The notes beneath the pieces are model-generated. The model had not been told where the DNA came from and searched no databases. It saw only the letters and a list, made by a program, of their open reading frames with translations. A stretch of 64,000 nt of DNA from a virus. Its lineage: Duplodnaviria > Caudoviricetes. The DNA is taken from positions 8,557 through 72,556 of the IMG/VR virus record IMGVR_UViG_3300042852_000025. One strand, 5' to 3'. The stretch's first letter is position 1. Each line of letters starts with the position of its first letter. Position numbers and translations under genes: made by a program. Positions 8,195 to 17,374 of this stretch are shown one piece after another.

Positions 8195-9704
8195 ATACTT
8201 TCAGCGCGCCGGCATCGAACGGTACCCATCGTTCGCCCCGTTCGTGCAACTCAAGCACACCCCATTCCAGTCGCAGGTCGAAGGCCTGAGCCTGTGCGTG
8301 CATTACCAGTGGTTCGGCCTGCTCGATGAGACCGGTGCGGGTAAGTCTATTCCCGTGGTGGGGGCGGCCCTTCACTACATTGGCCTGGGCAACAAGGTCG
8401 TGGTGCTGACGCTGGCCACCCTGATCTACCAGTTCGCCGAGTCGGTGACCGAAGAATTCCAGGGCGTCGACAAGTACGTGCGCGTCCATGTGCTGGATGA
8501 ACCGCCGGCCAAACGCGCCAAGCTGATCGAGCAGTGGGACAGCGAAGGCTGGCCAGAAATGATGGTCATGAGCTACGAGCTGTTTAGCCACCAGAAGCTG
8601 TGCAAGATCCTCAAGGAAAAGGGCTACGACGTGCTGATCACGGACGAGAGCCAGAAGTGGAAGTCACCGGAAAGCACGCTGGCCAAGCGCATTGGCGAGT
8701 ACGTGGGCGACCCGGCGCAGCCGGACACCGCGTTCTTTCCCATGACCGGCACGCCGATGCACACCTACATGAGCGATTGCTACACCCTGATCACCTTCAT
8801 GAGCCCGGGGGCGTACCTGTCCTACGACCACTTCTGTCGCCGGCACTGCCGTTACAAGCTGATCCGCTTGAAGGTGCCCAAGATCACCAGCAGTGGCAAA
8901 CGCATCAGCCGGGTCAAGGAACTGGTGGGCTACCAGCGGCACGCCGAGTTGTCGGCCAACCTGTATGCCCGCTGCCGGCGTGTGCTGAAAAGCCAGATCC
9001 CGGAACTGCGCGACCTGAAAGAGCCGATCATTACCGAAGTGCCGGTCAGGCTGAGCCCGGCGCACCGCGAGGCGTACCGCAAACTCACCATCGAACGCTT
9101 CATCGACTTCGGCGACGGCACCATTCTCTCGGCCCTGCAGGAGCAGGAGCTGCGCCAGAAGGTGTTGCAGATTGTCACCTGCCCGGAACTGTTCCTGCCC
9201 GAAGGCACCAAGATCGACAACCAGGTGCTCGCCACCTGCCGCGACCTGACCGAGGCGCACACCGCCGATTCCAAGGTGATCCTGTTCGTGAATTTCAGGG
9301 AGACCGTGGCGCGCTATGCCGAGTTCTTCGCGGACATGAACCCGGCGACCATGAACGGTGATCTGTCCGCGACCCAGCGCAAGGCGATGACCGAGAAGTT
9401 CCTGAATGACCCGACCTGCCGGCTGCTGGTGGCCAACCCACGATCGGCCGGGGCGGGCTTCAACTTCCAAGGGGTCAGTCACACGGTGATCTTTGCCGAA
9501 CCGACCGGCTCACCGGGGGAATTCAAGCAGGCGATGGACCGTGTCGTCAGGCCGGGCCAGCTCTGGCAGTGCAACATTTACGTGTTGAAGGCGCTGGAAA
9601 CCCTAGCGCCCAACGCCATCCGCAACATGCTCAGGCGTGATCAGGACATCGGGCAAGTGACCCTCGATCCTCGCACCCTGCGCCACTTTTACAACGTCGC
9701 ATAA
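8172..9704 (+). CDS. SNF2-like superfamily II helicase
   Basis: DETGAGKS, ITDESQ, MTGTP, SAGAGFNFQ and QAMDRVVRPGQ motifs. Confidence 0.9.
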   Translation: MTAPTLAEYFQRAGIERYPSFAPFVQLKHTPFQSQVEGLSLCVHYQWFGLLDETGAGKSIPVVGAALHYIGLGNKVVVLTLATLIYQFAESVTEEFQGVDKYVRVHVLDEPPAKRAKLIEQWDSEGWPEMMVMSYELFSHQKLCKILKEKGYDVLITDESQKWKSPESTLAKRIGEYVGDPAQPDTAFFPMTGTPMHTYMSDCYTLITFMSPGAYLSYDHFCRRHCRYKLIRLKVPKITSSGKRISRVKELVGYQRHAELSANLYARCRRVLKSQIPELRDLKEPIITEVPVRLSPAHREAYRKLTIERFIDFGDGTILSALQEQELRQKVLQIVTCPELFLPEGTKIDNQVLATCRDLTEAHTADSKVILFVNFRETVARYAEFFADMNPATMNGDLSATQRKAMTEKFLNDPTCRLLVANPRSAGAGFNFQGVSHTVIFAEPTGSPGEFKQAMDRVVRPGQLWQCNIYVLKALETLAPNAIRNMLRRDQDIGQVTLDPRTLRHFYNVA

Positions 9705-9789
9705 GACGACGGCACGAATTCCGGGGGACCGGGATAACAAGCGGCGGTAACAGCCGCAATTTGAATGACATTTTGAAGTTCGAAGGGGA

Positions 9790-10581
9790 ATGACAATGCC
9801 ACTGATCAAAGATGGTAGCGCTGTGAGCAAGGACGCGGTGGAAACCGCAGAAGCGAGCGCCGCACAAAACTCCGAAGCCCTGCAGGAAGAGGCCTCCGCA
9901 TTGGAGGAACCGGCTGTCCTGGACCCTGAACCGGCTGCGCAACCTGCGGCTCAACCCACCACCACCGCTGTCGCCCCTCGCGCCGATGCGCCTGCGGCTC
10001 GCAGCAATGGCAGCCAGATGGCAGCCATGCAGGAAATGGAAGACGCCGGTTTTGGTGGCGGTCACATCGACTTCACGTCGTTCACTAACATCGTGCTCAA
10101 GGATGGCGAGTTCCAACTGGTCGGCACCACCAAGTCGTTCTCCGCGACCGAAGGGTTCACCGGCACCATCCTGCAGGGTCGCGCCAAATGGGCGATGCGT
10201 GTGGGCAACGACGACGACGCCGACGTGTGCTTTGCCTACAACAAGGCGGAATTCAACGATGTCGAGACCGAGTCCGGGGCCAAGGTGGCCGAGTGGCGTG
10301 CGGAAAACCTGAAGCCCGAGCTGAAGGAATACGCCGAACTCTTTGTCATGGTCGACAAGATCCACGCCGGTGAATGCAAGGAGCTGGAAGGTGACGCCGT
10401 GGTGGTGCAGGTGTCGCCGATGTCGATCGGTCGCTGGGCGGGCTTTAAGTTCAAGATGCAAAGCCGCACCGGCCGCCTTCCAAACGGCTACAAAACCCTG
10501 TTCATCCGTGGCGAAAAGGTCACGGCCGCCAAGTTCCCGTTCTACCCATGGGATTTCAAGTTTGTTGAATTGAACGCCTAA
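9790..10581 (+). CDS. putative ssDNA-binding/replication protein
   Basis: lies between helicase and polymerase; acidic disordered N-terminus and beta-rich aromatic C-terminus; function inferred. Confidence 0.45.
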   Translation: MTMPLIKDGSAVSKDAVETAEASAAQNSEALQEEASALEEPAVLDPEPAAQPAAQPTTTAVAPRADAPAARSNGSQMAAMQEMEDAGFGGGHIDFTSFTNIVLKDGEFQLVGTTKSFSATEGFTGTILQGRAKWAMRVGNDDDADVCFAYNKAEFNDVETESGAKVAEWRAENLKPELKEYAELFVMVDKIHAGECKELEGDAVVVQVSPMSIGRWAGFKFKMQSRTGRLPNGYKTLFIRGEKVTAAKFPFYPWDFKFVELNA

Positions 10582-10649
10582 GCCTCACGGCTAGCTGTGG
10601 TTTGCCGGCGGGCAGTTGCACGCCGGCACTCTCTCTTGTCGTCCGAGGA

Positions 10650-13600
10650 ATGGGGTGCAACGTGAAACTGAATGGACTGGCTCTGCTCGATGTGCGCGGC
10701 TTGCTGCTGCACGCCTACCACCGGGGCACTGACCCCGATGCCAAACTCAGCCCCCTGACTGACAAGCCGGTGAACTCTGCCGGCTACGGTTTGCGCGGGT
10801 TCCTGGACACCTACATCATTCCCCTGCTGTCTGATTTCTCCCCCCTCAACATCATCGCGGTGTGGGATGGGGGCAACACCTTCCGCGAAAGCCTGTTCGC
10901 GGACTACAAGGCCAAGCGCCACGCCGAGGAAAAAGACCCGGCGATCGAAGCGCAGCTGAAAAAGATGTTCGACATGGCCAAGGCGCTGCTGGCCTATGCC
11001 GGCGCCTTCAACGTGCGCGTCGAAGGTGTGGAAGCGGACGACGTGATCGGCGCCTTCTGCCTGCACTTCCCCGAAGTGCTCAAGCTGGTCCACACCGTGG
11101 ACCGCGACCTGACCCAACTCAACGACGACAACACCACCGTGCTGGTGAAGGCCCTGCCGGCGGACGATTTCGAAGGCTACCCAACCCGCTACGTGCGGAT
11201 CTACAAGTCCCTGGTGGGGGACAAGACCGATGAATACGGCGGCGTGCCGCAGGTCGGGCCGGTGGCGTTCAAGTTCCTGGTCGACACCTACGGCTGGGAC
11301 GGCATCGAGCAGCTGGAAGCCTGCGTGGCCAACAACGACTACGCCTTTCTGCTGGAAGCGGTCGAAGCCACCAGCTGCAAGGTGCTGCGCAAAATCTACG
11401 AGAGCCGCAGCACCTGGCGCCTGATGTACACCCTGGCGGGGCTGCACCCGGAGCTGCTGTACGGCGCGCAGGGCCGCACGATCATCCGCCCGGAGTGGTA
11501 CGTGCGCCTCCCCGACGCGACCAAGGTGCTGGACCTGCTGACCATCGCAGGTGACCCGAGCCTGTTCGAACACTTCGCCCCGCACATGCCGACCATGACC
11601 CTGGTGACGCCGGAGAACTGGCCGCAGGTGCATGCCGCTTACGTCGAAGGCTTGCGCGACACCCCGCTGGCCAGCTTCGACTATGAAACCTACGACAGCC
11701 TCGGACACGACTGGTCGGCAGCCCTGCCGGACACCTCCCGCGGCTACGTCGACGTGCTGTCGCAGCGCCTGACCGGGGGGTCGTTCACCTACGGCAGCAA
11801 CCTGCAACACACCTTCTACCTGCCGGTGCTGCACAAGAACACCGCCAATCTGGACAAGGCGCGGCTGGTGGATCTGCTGCTCGACATCGAAGAGGCGCGG
11901 ATTGATTTCGTTGCACACAACGCGAGGTTCGAAGCGTTGGTGACCAAGCTGGCGCTGAACTTCCAGCTGGAGGGGCCGATCTGTACGCAGATGCTCGGCA
12001 CCTACGTCGACGAAAACCTGGAGCAGGGCTTGAAGGCTCACGCCCGGCACTGGCTGAAGTACGACCAGGTCGAATACAAGGATCTGCTGGCCCAGCACGG
12101 CGCCCGGGACATGCGCGACCTCACCGGCGAGCAGGTGACCCACTACGCCTGTGATGACGCCTTCGTCGCGGCGCGGCTGGCGGTGCTGTTCTTCCTGATC
12201 CTCAAGCTGGAACAGCAGTGGGACTTCGCCTACAACGAGGACCGCTACACCCTGCACCCGTTCAACGACAGCTTTGAAACCGGGGTGCAGCTCGACTACG
12301 CCCGCCTGGACGAACTGGCCGCCGCCGATGCCGCGGTGGTCAAGAACAACACCGAACGGTTGCACAGCCTGCTGGCCGAGCATTGCAGCCAGATCAGCGA
12401 CATCGGCGCCGAGGGCTTGAAGAAGGCCGAGGGCGACAACCTGCTCCGGCTGTACATCCACGACAAGCTGAACCGCTCGCAGGCGCAGGCCAAGGTGGCC
12501 GAGACCTACGAACGCTGGCGGCTGGGTTCTGTATACACCCCCTACAGCGAGACGTTCACCCCGGCCGAGTTCATCGCCACGGAGAAGGGGTTCACCCGCG
12601 TGGCCGAGAAGGTCGGGCTGCCGATCGTGATGGGGAGCGTCAGCGGCAAGGGTGTCACCGCCTGGCTGATGACCAGCCGGCAGCACCTGAAACAGCACGG
12701 CAGCACCGACCCGCGTGCCCGCACGCTGGTCGACCTGGTACAGGAAGCGGCCGGCGAGATTCGCAAGCGTGAAGGCGCAGCGTTCCTGTGCCTGAAAGCC
12801 TTCATTGAAACCGAAGTGCTGCACCTGGACGGCGTGCGCGTGATCGAGGGCGACGAACTCAACCTCAACAGTCCCAAGCAAATGCAGGCGCTGCTGTACT
12901 GCAAGCTGCAACTGCCGGTGCGCCTGCGCACCTTTCCACAGAAGGGCAGCCGGCGGGATGAACTCGGCCTGGAAGGCAACCCGTCGACCAACGAGGACGC
13001 GATGCTGGCCGCGATGGCCGAGGACTGCCCCGAAGGGGATTGGCGCCGCGAGGTGTTGCAGCTGCTGATCGGCACCAAAGAGTGCATGACCCGCCAGTCC
13101 CTGTACTACGCCAAGTATCCGCACTGGCGGCACCCCAGCACCGGCGTGGTCCACCCCGGCACCCGCAACTGTGGCACCAAGACCCGTCGCCCGGCCGGCT
13201 CCAGCCTGAACATCCTCGCCGTGAGTAAAGGGCCGCTGCGCTCGATCTTTCTGCCACGGTTCAAGGGGCATGTGATCGTCGCCCTCGACTTCAGCGGCCA
13301 AGAGCTGCGCCTGACCGGCAGCGCGGCCAACGACCCGGTCTTGATCGAGGCCTACACCGGCGGCGGTACCTACGTCGACGAAGACGGCATGACCCGGGCG
13401 CGCTTCAAGGACATCCACGCCGTGACCGGCTGCACCTTCGCCGCCAACGTGCTGGAACAGGCCATGGGGCCGGAAATCCTCAAGCGTCTGTCGTTCGATG
13501 CCACCGGCAGCATGGACTATGAACAGTTCGTCAGCCTGCTGCAGGAAGGCGAGCACGTCTATGAACTGGCCGGCGACCTGGCCCTGCCGCTGGGCAAAAC

Positions 13601-14228
13601 CATCGTCAAGATCCGCAAGATGGCCAAGACCGTGAACTTCCTGATCATCTACGGTGGCCAGGCGTTCAGCATGGGCATGAAACTCGGCGTTCCCGAGCGC
13701 TTTGCCCAGCGCATCATTGACGGGGTGTTCGCCGGCTACCCGCGCCTGGCTCCGTGGCAGAAGGAAACCATCGACTTGGCCCGCCGGCAGGGCTACATCA
13801 CCACGGCCTTCGGCACGCGCAAGCACGTCGACCCCAACATCCTCAGTCGTGACGGCTCGCTGCGGTCGCGGGCTGAGCGCCAAACCGTCAACCACCAGAT
13901 CCAGGGCTGCGCCGCCGACATCCTGAAAAAGGTGCTGACCTCGGCCTATCACACCCACCTGTACGAAGAAACCCACTCCCACCTGATCGCCCCGGTGTAC
14001 GACGAACTGGTCAACAGCGTGCCGATCGACAACGTCTTTGAATTCGCCTCGCGCACCCAAGACCTGATGAACATCACGCCGCCGGGGCATCCGATCCCGA
14101 TGCTGGCCGAGGTGTCCATCGGCCGGAACTGGTACGACTCGGGGAAAAACGAACTGGGGGATCGACCGTCGCAACGCAAGGTTGAGGCGCTGTTCGACAA
14201 GTGGGCCAAAGAGGGGTGGTTAGCATGA
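10650..14228 (+). CDS. polA: family A DNA polymerase with 5'-3' and 3'-5' exonuclease domains
   Basis: 5' nuclease EADDVIG, DRDL and GDKTD; exo I FDYET; motif A DFSGQELR, B RKMAKTVNFLIIYG, C VYDEL; start 10650 or GTG 10662. Confidence 0.95.
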   Translation: MGCNVKLNGLALLDVRGLLLHAYHRGTDPDAKLSPLTDKPVNSAGYGLRGFLDTYIIPLLSDFSPLNIIAVWDGGNTFRESLFADYKAKRHAEEKDPAIEAQLKKMFDMAKALLAYAGAFNVRVEGVEADDVIGAFCLHFPEVLKLVHTVDRDLTQLNDDNTTVLVKALPADDFEGYPTRYVRIYKSLVGDKTDEYGGVPQVGPVAFKFLVDTYGWDGIEQLEACVANNDYAFLLEAVEATSCKVLRKIYESRSTWRLMYTLAGLHPELLYGAQGRTIIRPEWYVRLPDATKVLDLLTIAGDPSLFEHFAPHMPTMTLVTPENWPQVHAAYVEGLRDTPLASFDYETYDSLGHDWSAALPDTSRGYVDVLSQRLTGGSFTYGSNLQHTFYLPVLHKNTANLDKARLVDLLLDIEEARIDFVAHNARFEALVTKLALNFQLEGPICTQMLGTYVDENLEQGLKAHARHWLKYDQVEYKDLLAQHGARDMRDLTGEQVTHYACDDAFVAARLAVLFFLILKLEQQWDFAYNEDRYTLHPFNDSFETGVQLDYARLDELAAADAAVVKNNTERLHSLLAEHCSQISDIGAEGLKKAEGDNLLRLYIHDKLNRSQAQAKVAETYERWRLGSVYTPYSETFTPAEFIATEKGFTRVAEKVGLPIVMGSVSGKGVTAWLMTSRQHLKQHGSTDPRARTLVDLVQEAAGEIRKREGAAFLCLKAFIETEVLHLDGVRVIEGDELNLNSPKQMQALLYCKLQLPVRLRTFPQKGSRRDELGLEGNPSTNEDAMLAAMAEDCPEGDWRREVLQLLIGTKECMTRQSLYYAKYPHWRHPSTGVVHPGTRNCGTKTRRPAGSSLNILAVSKGPLRSIFLPRFKGHVIVALDFSGQELRLTGSAANDPVLIEAYTGGGTYVDEDGMTRARFKDIHAVTGCTFAANVLEQAMGPEILKRLSFDATGSMDYEQFVSLLQEGEHVYELAGDLALPLGKTIVKIRKMAKTVNFLIIYGGQAFSMGMKLGVPERFAQRIIDGVFAGYPRLAPWQKETIDLARRQGYITTAFGTRKHVDPNILSRDGSLRSRAERQTVNHQIQGCAADILKKVLTSAYHTHLYEETHSHLIAPVYDELVNSVPIDNVFEFASRTQDLMNITPPGHPIPMLAEVSIGRNWYDSGKNELGDRPSQRKVEALFDKWAKEGWLA

Positions 14229-15505
14229 TCCAGTTGAACAGTGACCAGCGCGGCGGCGTCGACCGCATGCTGGAGTTTACCGAGGGTGAGGAACCGTTCT
14301 TCCTGCTCGATGGCCGCGCCGGCACCGGCAAGTCCACCAGTGCGCAGACCTTCGCCCGCGAGACGGACCAGAGCGTGGTGTTCACCGCGCCGACCAACAA
14401 GGCGACCAAGGTGCTCAAGCAGATGTGCGAGACCGAGCTGCAGGGGCTGGTCCCGTGCCGCACGATCTACTCCCTGCTCGGCCTGCGCATGGACAACAGC
14501 GGGGAAGTGCGCAAGGTGCGGGCTGCCGACAACTTCAACCAGGCCCGCAACTACCAGGTGGTGGTGGTCGATGAAGGCTCAATGGCGAACTCGGGGCTGA
14601 TGTACCACATCGAGCGCACCGCCAAGAACGAAGGCGTCAAGTTCCTGTTCATGGCCGACGTGACCCAGTTGCCGCCGGTGGGGGAAGAACGCTCGCAGGT
14701 GTTCGACATCGAGAACCGCTGGCAGCTGGACAAGGTCGAGCGCCACGACAACCAGATCCTGACCTTCGCCACGCACATGCGCGACTGCATCCTGCACGGC
14801 GAGGCCCTGAGCCTGTTCAGCGCCAACGATGAACGCGGCGGGGTTTACCTGCTCGACTACAAGCGCCTGCGCAAAAAGGCCGTCGACGCCTTCAACAGCG
14901 ACAGCTACCGCGCCGATCCGGGCTCGATCAAGGTGATCGCGTGGCGTAACGACACCGTGGCCATGTACAACGGCTTGATCCGGGACGCCATGTACGGCGC
15001 CACGCTGGCCGCCGAGGCACCGTTCCAGCCGGGCGAGCGGGTGGTGGTGTGCCAACCGATTATGTCGGCGGACGGCAAAGAAACACTGATGACCACCGAC
15101 GAGGAAGGCACGGTGTTCTCCATCGACGTGCAGCAGCACCCGATGTTCAGTGAGTTGACCTGCTACCGCGTCGAAGTCCGCCCGGAAATGGATGAGTACA
15201 TGCTGGTGACCTGCTGGGTCATCCACCCCAGTTCCGAACGGGCCTACAAGCGCCTGCTCAACGAGCTGTCGGAACGCGCCAAGACCGGCAGCGGCGGCTG
15301 GCCCGCCTTCTGGAAGGCCAAGGAAGTCATCCACGACGTGCGCCCCAGTCACGCCATCACCGCGCACCGCGCACAGGGGTCGACCTACGAGAGTGTGTTT
15401 GTCGACTCGGCCGACATCCTGCTCAACCGCAACTACATCGAATCCTTACAGTGCCTGAACGTGGCCTGCACCCGCCCACGTCGCATTCTGGCGATCAGCA
15501 AATGA
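14225..15505 (+). CDS. RecD/Dda-like SF1B helicase
   Basis: GRAGTGKS, APTNKA, VVDEGSM, QLPPV and AITAHRAQGSTY motifs. Confidence 0.92.
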   Translation: MIQLNSDQRGGVDRMLEFTEGEEPFFLLDGRAGTGKSTSAQTFARETDQSVVFTAPTNKATKVLKQMCETELQGLVPCRTIYSLLGLRMDNSGEVRKVRAADNFNQARNYQVVVVDEGSMANSGLMYHIERTAKNEGVKFLFMADVTQLPPVGEERSQVFDIENRWQLDKVERHDNQILTFATHMRDCILHGEALSLFSANDERGGVYLLDYKRLRKKAVDAFNSDSYRADPGSIKVIAWRNDTVAMYNGLIRDAMYGATLAAEAPFQPGERVVVCQPIMSADGKETLMTTDEEGTVFSIDVQQHPMFSELTCYRVEVRPEMDEYMLVTCWVIHPSSERAYKRLLNELSERAKTGSGGWPAFWKAKEVIHDVRPSHAITAHRAQGSTYESVFVDSADILLNRNYIESLQCLNVACTRPRRILAISK

Positions 15506-15999
15506 AAACTCCCCAAGAGAAAGGCAAGGAGTTCGAAGAACTGTTTCGGCTGTACCTCAAGGAGCTGATGCAGAAACACCCGCTGGCCAGCGCCCGGTTC
15601 TATGACACGCACTCGGCCGGCACCTACCTGCCGGACCAGCCGGGCGACCTCATCGCCTGTTTCAGGGGGATCTGCCACCTGTTCGAACTCAAGTCGAGCG
15701 AGGTGCATAGCAGCCTGACCGCCGGGCTGTCCAAGCTGCTGGCCAACCACCAGGCCACCCACCTGAAAATTTGGGCGCGAGCCGGCGCCAGTACCCACGT
15801 TCTGTTCTGGCAGCAGAGCACCGGGGTGATCGAGCTGTGGGACGGGGACGCCGTCGCCCACGTCCGCCACGCCCCGCACATGCGCCTCAAACCCGAAGGG
15901 ATCTGCGACAGCTTCCCCGACTTTGAGGCGTTCAAGGCTGCCTTTACCGCCGCACTTTTGCACAACCCGCGGTACACCGCGAAGAAGGTATTCCGATGA
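15502..15999 (+). CDS. PD-(D/E)xK nuclease, Holliday-junction resolvase-like
   Basis: GKEFEE...PGDLI...LFELKS. Confidence 0.7.
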   Translation: MKTPQEKGKEFEELFRLYLKELMQKHPLASARFYDTHSAGTYLPDQPGDLIACFRGICHLFELKSSEVHSSLTAGLSKLLANHQATHLKIWARAGASTHVLFWQQSTGVIELWDGDAVAHVRHAPHMRLKPEGICDSFPDFEAFKAAFTAALLHNPRYTAKKVFR

Positions 16000-17087
16000 C
16001 CGACATCCTTGTCTTCACCGACCCGCACCTGGGCAAGAATCTGGTGTCCCACACCACCCTGGACAGCCGCCGCCGGTTACGGGATGGGATCTACCAGCAC
16101 AACAGTGGGCTGCTCGATCGCTTCCCGCACGCGATCAAGACCTGCCTGGGCGACCTGTTCGACCGCTTCACCAACCCCGAGGACGTGATCTGGCAGGGCA
16201 TGCGCCTGGCCGAGCGGGTGGACTACATCATGGCCGGCAACCACGACCTGGTAAACGACCGGGGCCGCCTCGGCACCTTGCAACTGATGGACAAGGCCCG
16301 CCCGGGGGTGATCCAGCTCACGCCGTTCGGTGAAGCCCGGGGCTTCCTGCACGACGTGCGCCCCGGGGTGTCCTTCCTGTTCGTCCCGCACCACAGCACC
16401 GACGATCTGTTCCACGAATCGCTGGCCGCCGCCGAGAACTGGGTGCGCGGCAAGGTGCCCGGGACCACGGCCTACCTGTGTGTTCACTGCAACTACGACT
16501 CGGGCTTTGCCACCGACGACACCGCGCTGTCACTCAGCCGCAAGCAGGCCAAGCAGCTGCTCGATGCTGGCTTTGATTACATCCTGATCGGCCACGACCA
16601 CCACCCCCGCGAAGACTGGGACGGCCGCGTGGTGATCCTTGGCAACACCCACCCGACCGGCTTCGGCGACATCACCGACAAGCGCGTGATGTTGATCCGC
16701 CCGGACGGCAAGCACGAATTCCACCAGGTGTGGTACCGCAACGACGGCTACCTGCACCTGGACGTGAACGACCTGATCGCCCCGGACTTCGACTTTGAGG
16801 ACGAACCCTCGGCGCAGTTCGTTGAAATCAGCGGCGAGTTGCAGGCCAGTCAGGTGATGGATCTGGCCCGGGCCGTGCGCAAGATTTGGCAGGAGTGGAA
16901 GCCGCTGGCCGTGCGCAACACCGCCGAGGTGATCAAGCCGGGCACCGGCGAGACGCTGGCCGACCACGACTTCCACCAACTGGACATGCAGATCCGCGCC
17001 GAGTTGATCAAGCGCCCGGAGCTGGTCGAACTGTTTGATGCCTTTTGGGCCGACACCGCGCCCTCCCTTCAAGAAGAGGAAGCATGA
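15996..17087 (+). CDS. sbcD: SbcD/Mre11-like metallophosphoesterase nuclease
   Basis: DPHLG, GDLFD, GNHD and GHDH motifs; adjacent to SbcC. Confidence 0.9.
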   Translation: MTDILVFTDPHLGKNLVSHTTLDSRRRLRDGIYQHNSGLLDRFPHAIKTCLGDLFDRFTNPEDVIWQGMRLAERVDYIMAGNHDLVNDRGRLGTLQLMDKARPGVIQLTPFGEARGFLHDVRPGVSFLFVPHHSTDDLFHESLAAAENWVRGKVPGTTAYLCVHCNYDSGFATDDTALSLSRKQAKQLLDAGFDYILIGHDHHPREDWDGRVVILGNTHPTGFGDITDKRVMLIRPDGKHEFHQVWYRNDGYLHLDVNDLIAPDFDFEDEPSAQFVEISGELQASQVMDLARAVRKIWQEWKPLAVRNTAEVIKPGTGETLADHDFHQLDMQIRAELIKRPELVELFDAFWADTAPSLQEEEA

Positions 17088-17374
17088 TGGAAATCGAAAT
17101 CATCAGTGGCCCACGGGGCAGCGGCAAAACCACCAAGCTGCAGCAGATTGCAGCGGATCTGCAGATGGCGGGGCATCAGGTCCTGAACCTCAATTCGGAT
17201 TTCACCCTCGCCGGCATCCGCCGACGCCTGATCCTCGCTGGCCTGCAGGGCTACACGGCGGTGATGCTTGACGACTGCACGTCCGACAAGCTGAAGAAGC
17301 TGTGCAAGGCGAAAAAGGAGATCGAGGAACGCATGGACTTCGACCTGCGCCTCTATGCCGTGGAGGCCGCGTAA
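17084..17374 (+). CDS. small P-loop protein
   Basis: GPRGSGKTT Walker A and VMLDD Walker B in 96 aa. Confidence 0.7.
   Translation: MMEIEIISGPRGSGKTTKLQQIAADLQMAGHQVLNLNSDFTLAGIRRRLILAGLQGYTAVMLDDCTSDKLKKLCKAKKEIEERMDFDLRLYAVEAA

Noticed and set aside
10578-14174. 1198-aa reverse-strand ORF
   Set aside because: Antisense shadow of the DNA polymerase gene caused by strong GC3 bias; no motifs. The same applies to 17537-19537, 32083-34986 and similar ORFs.
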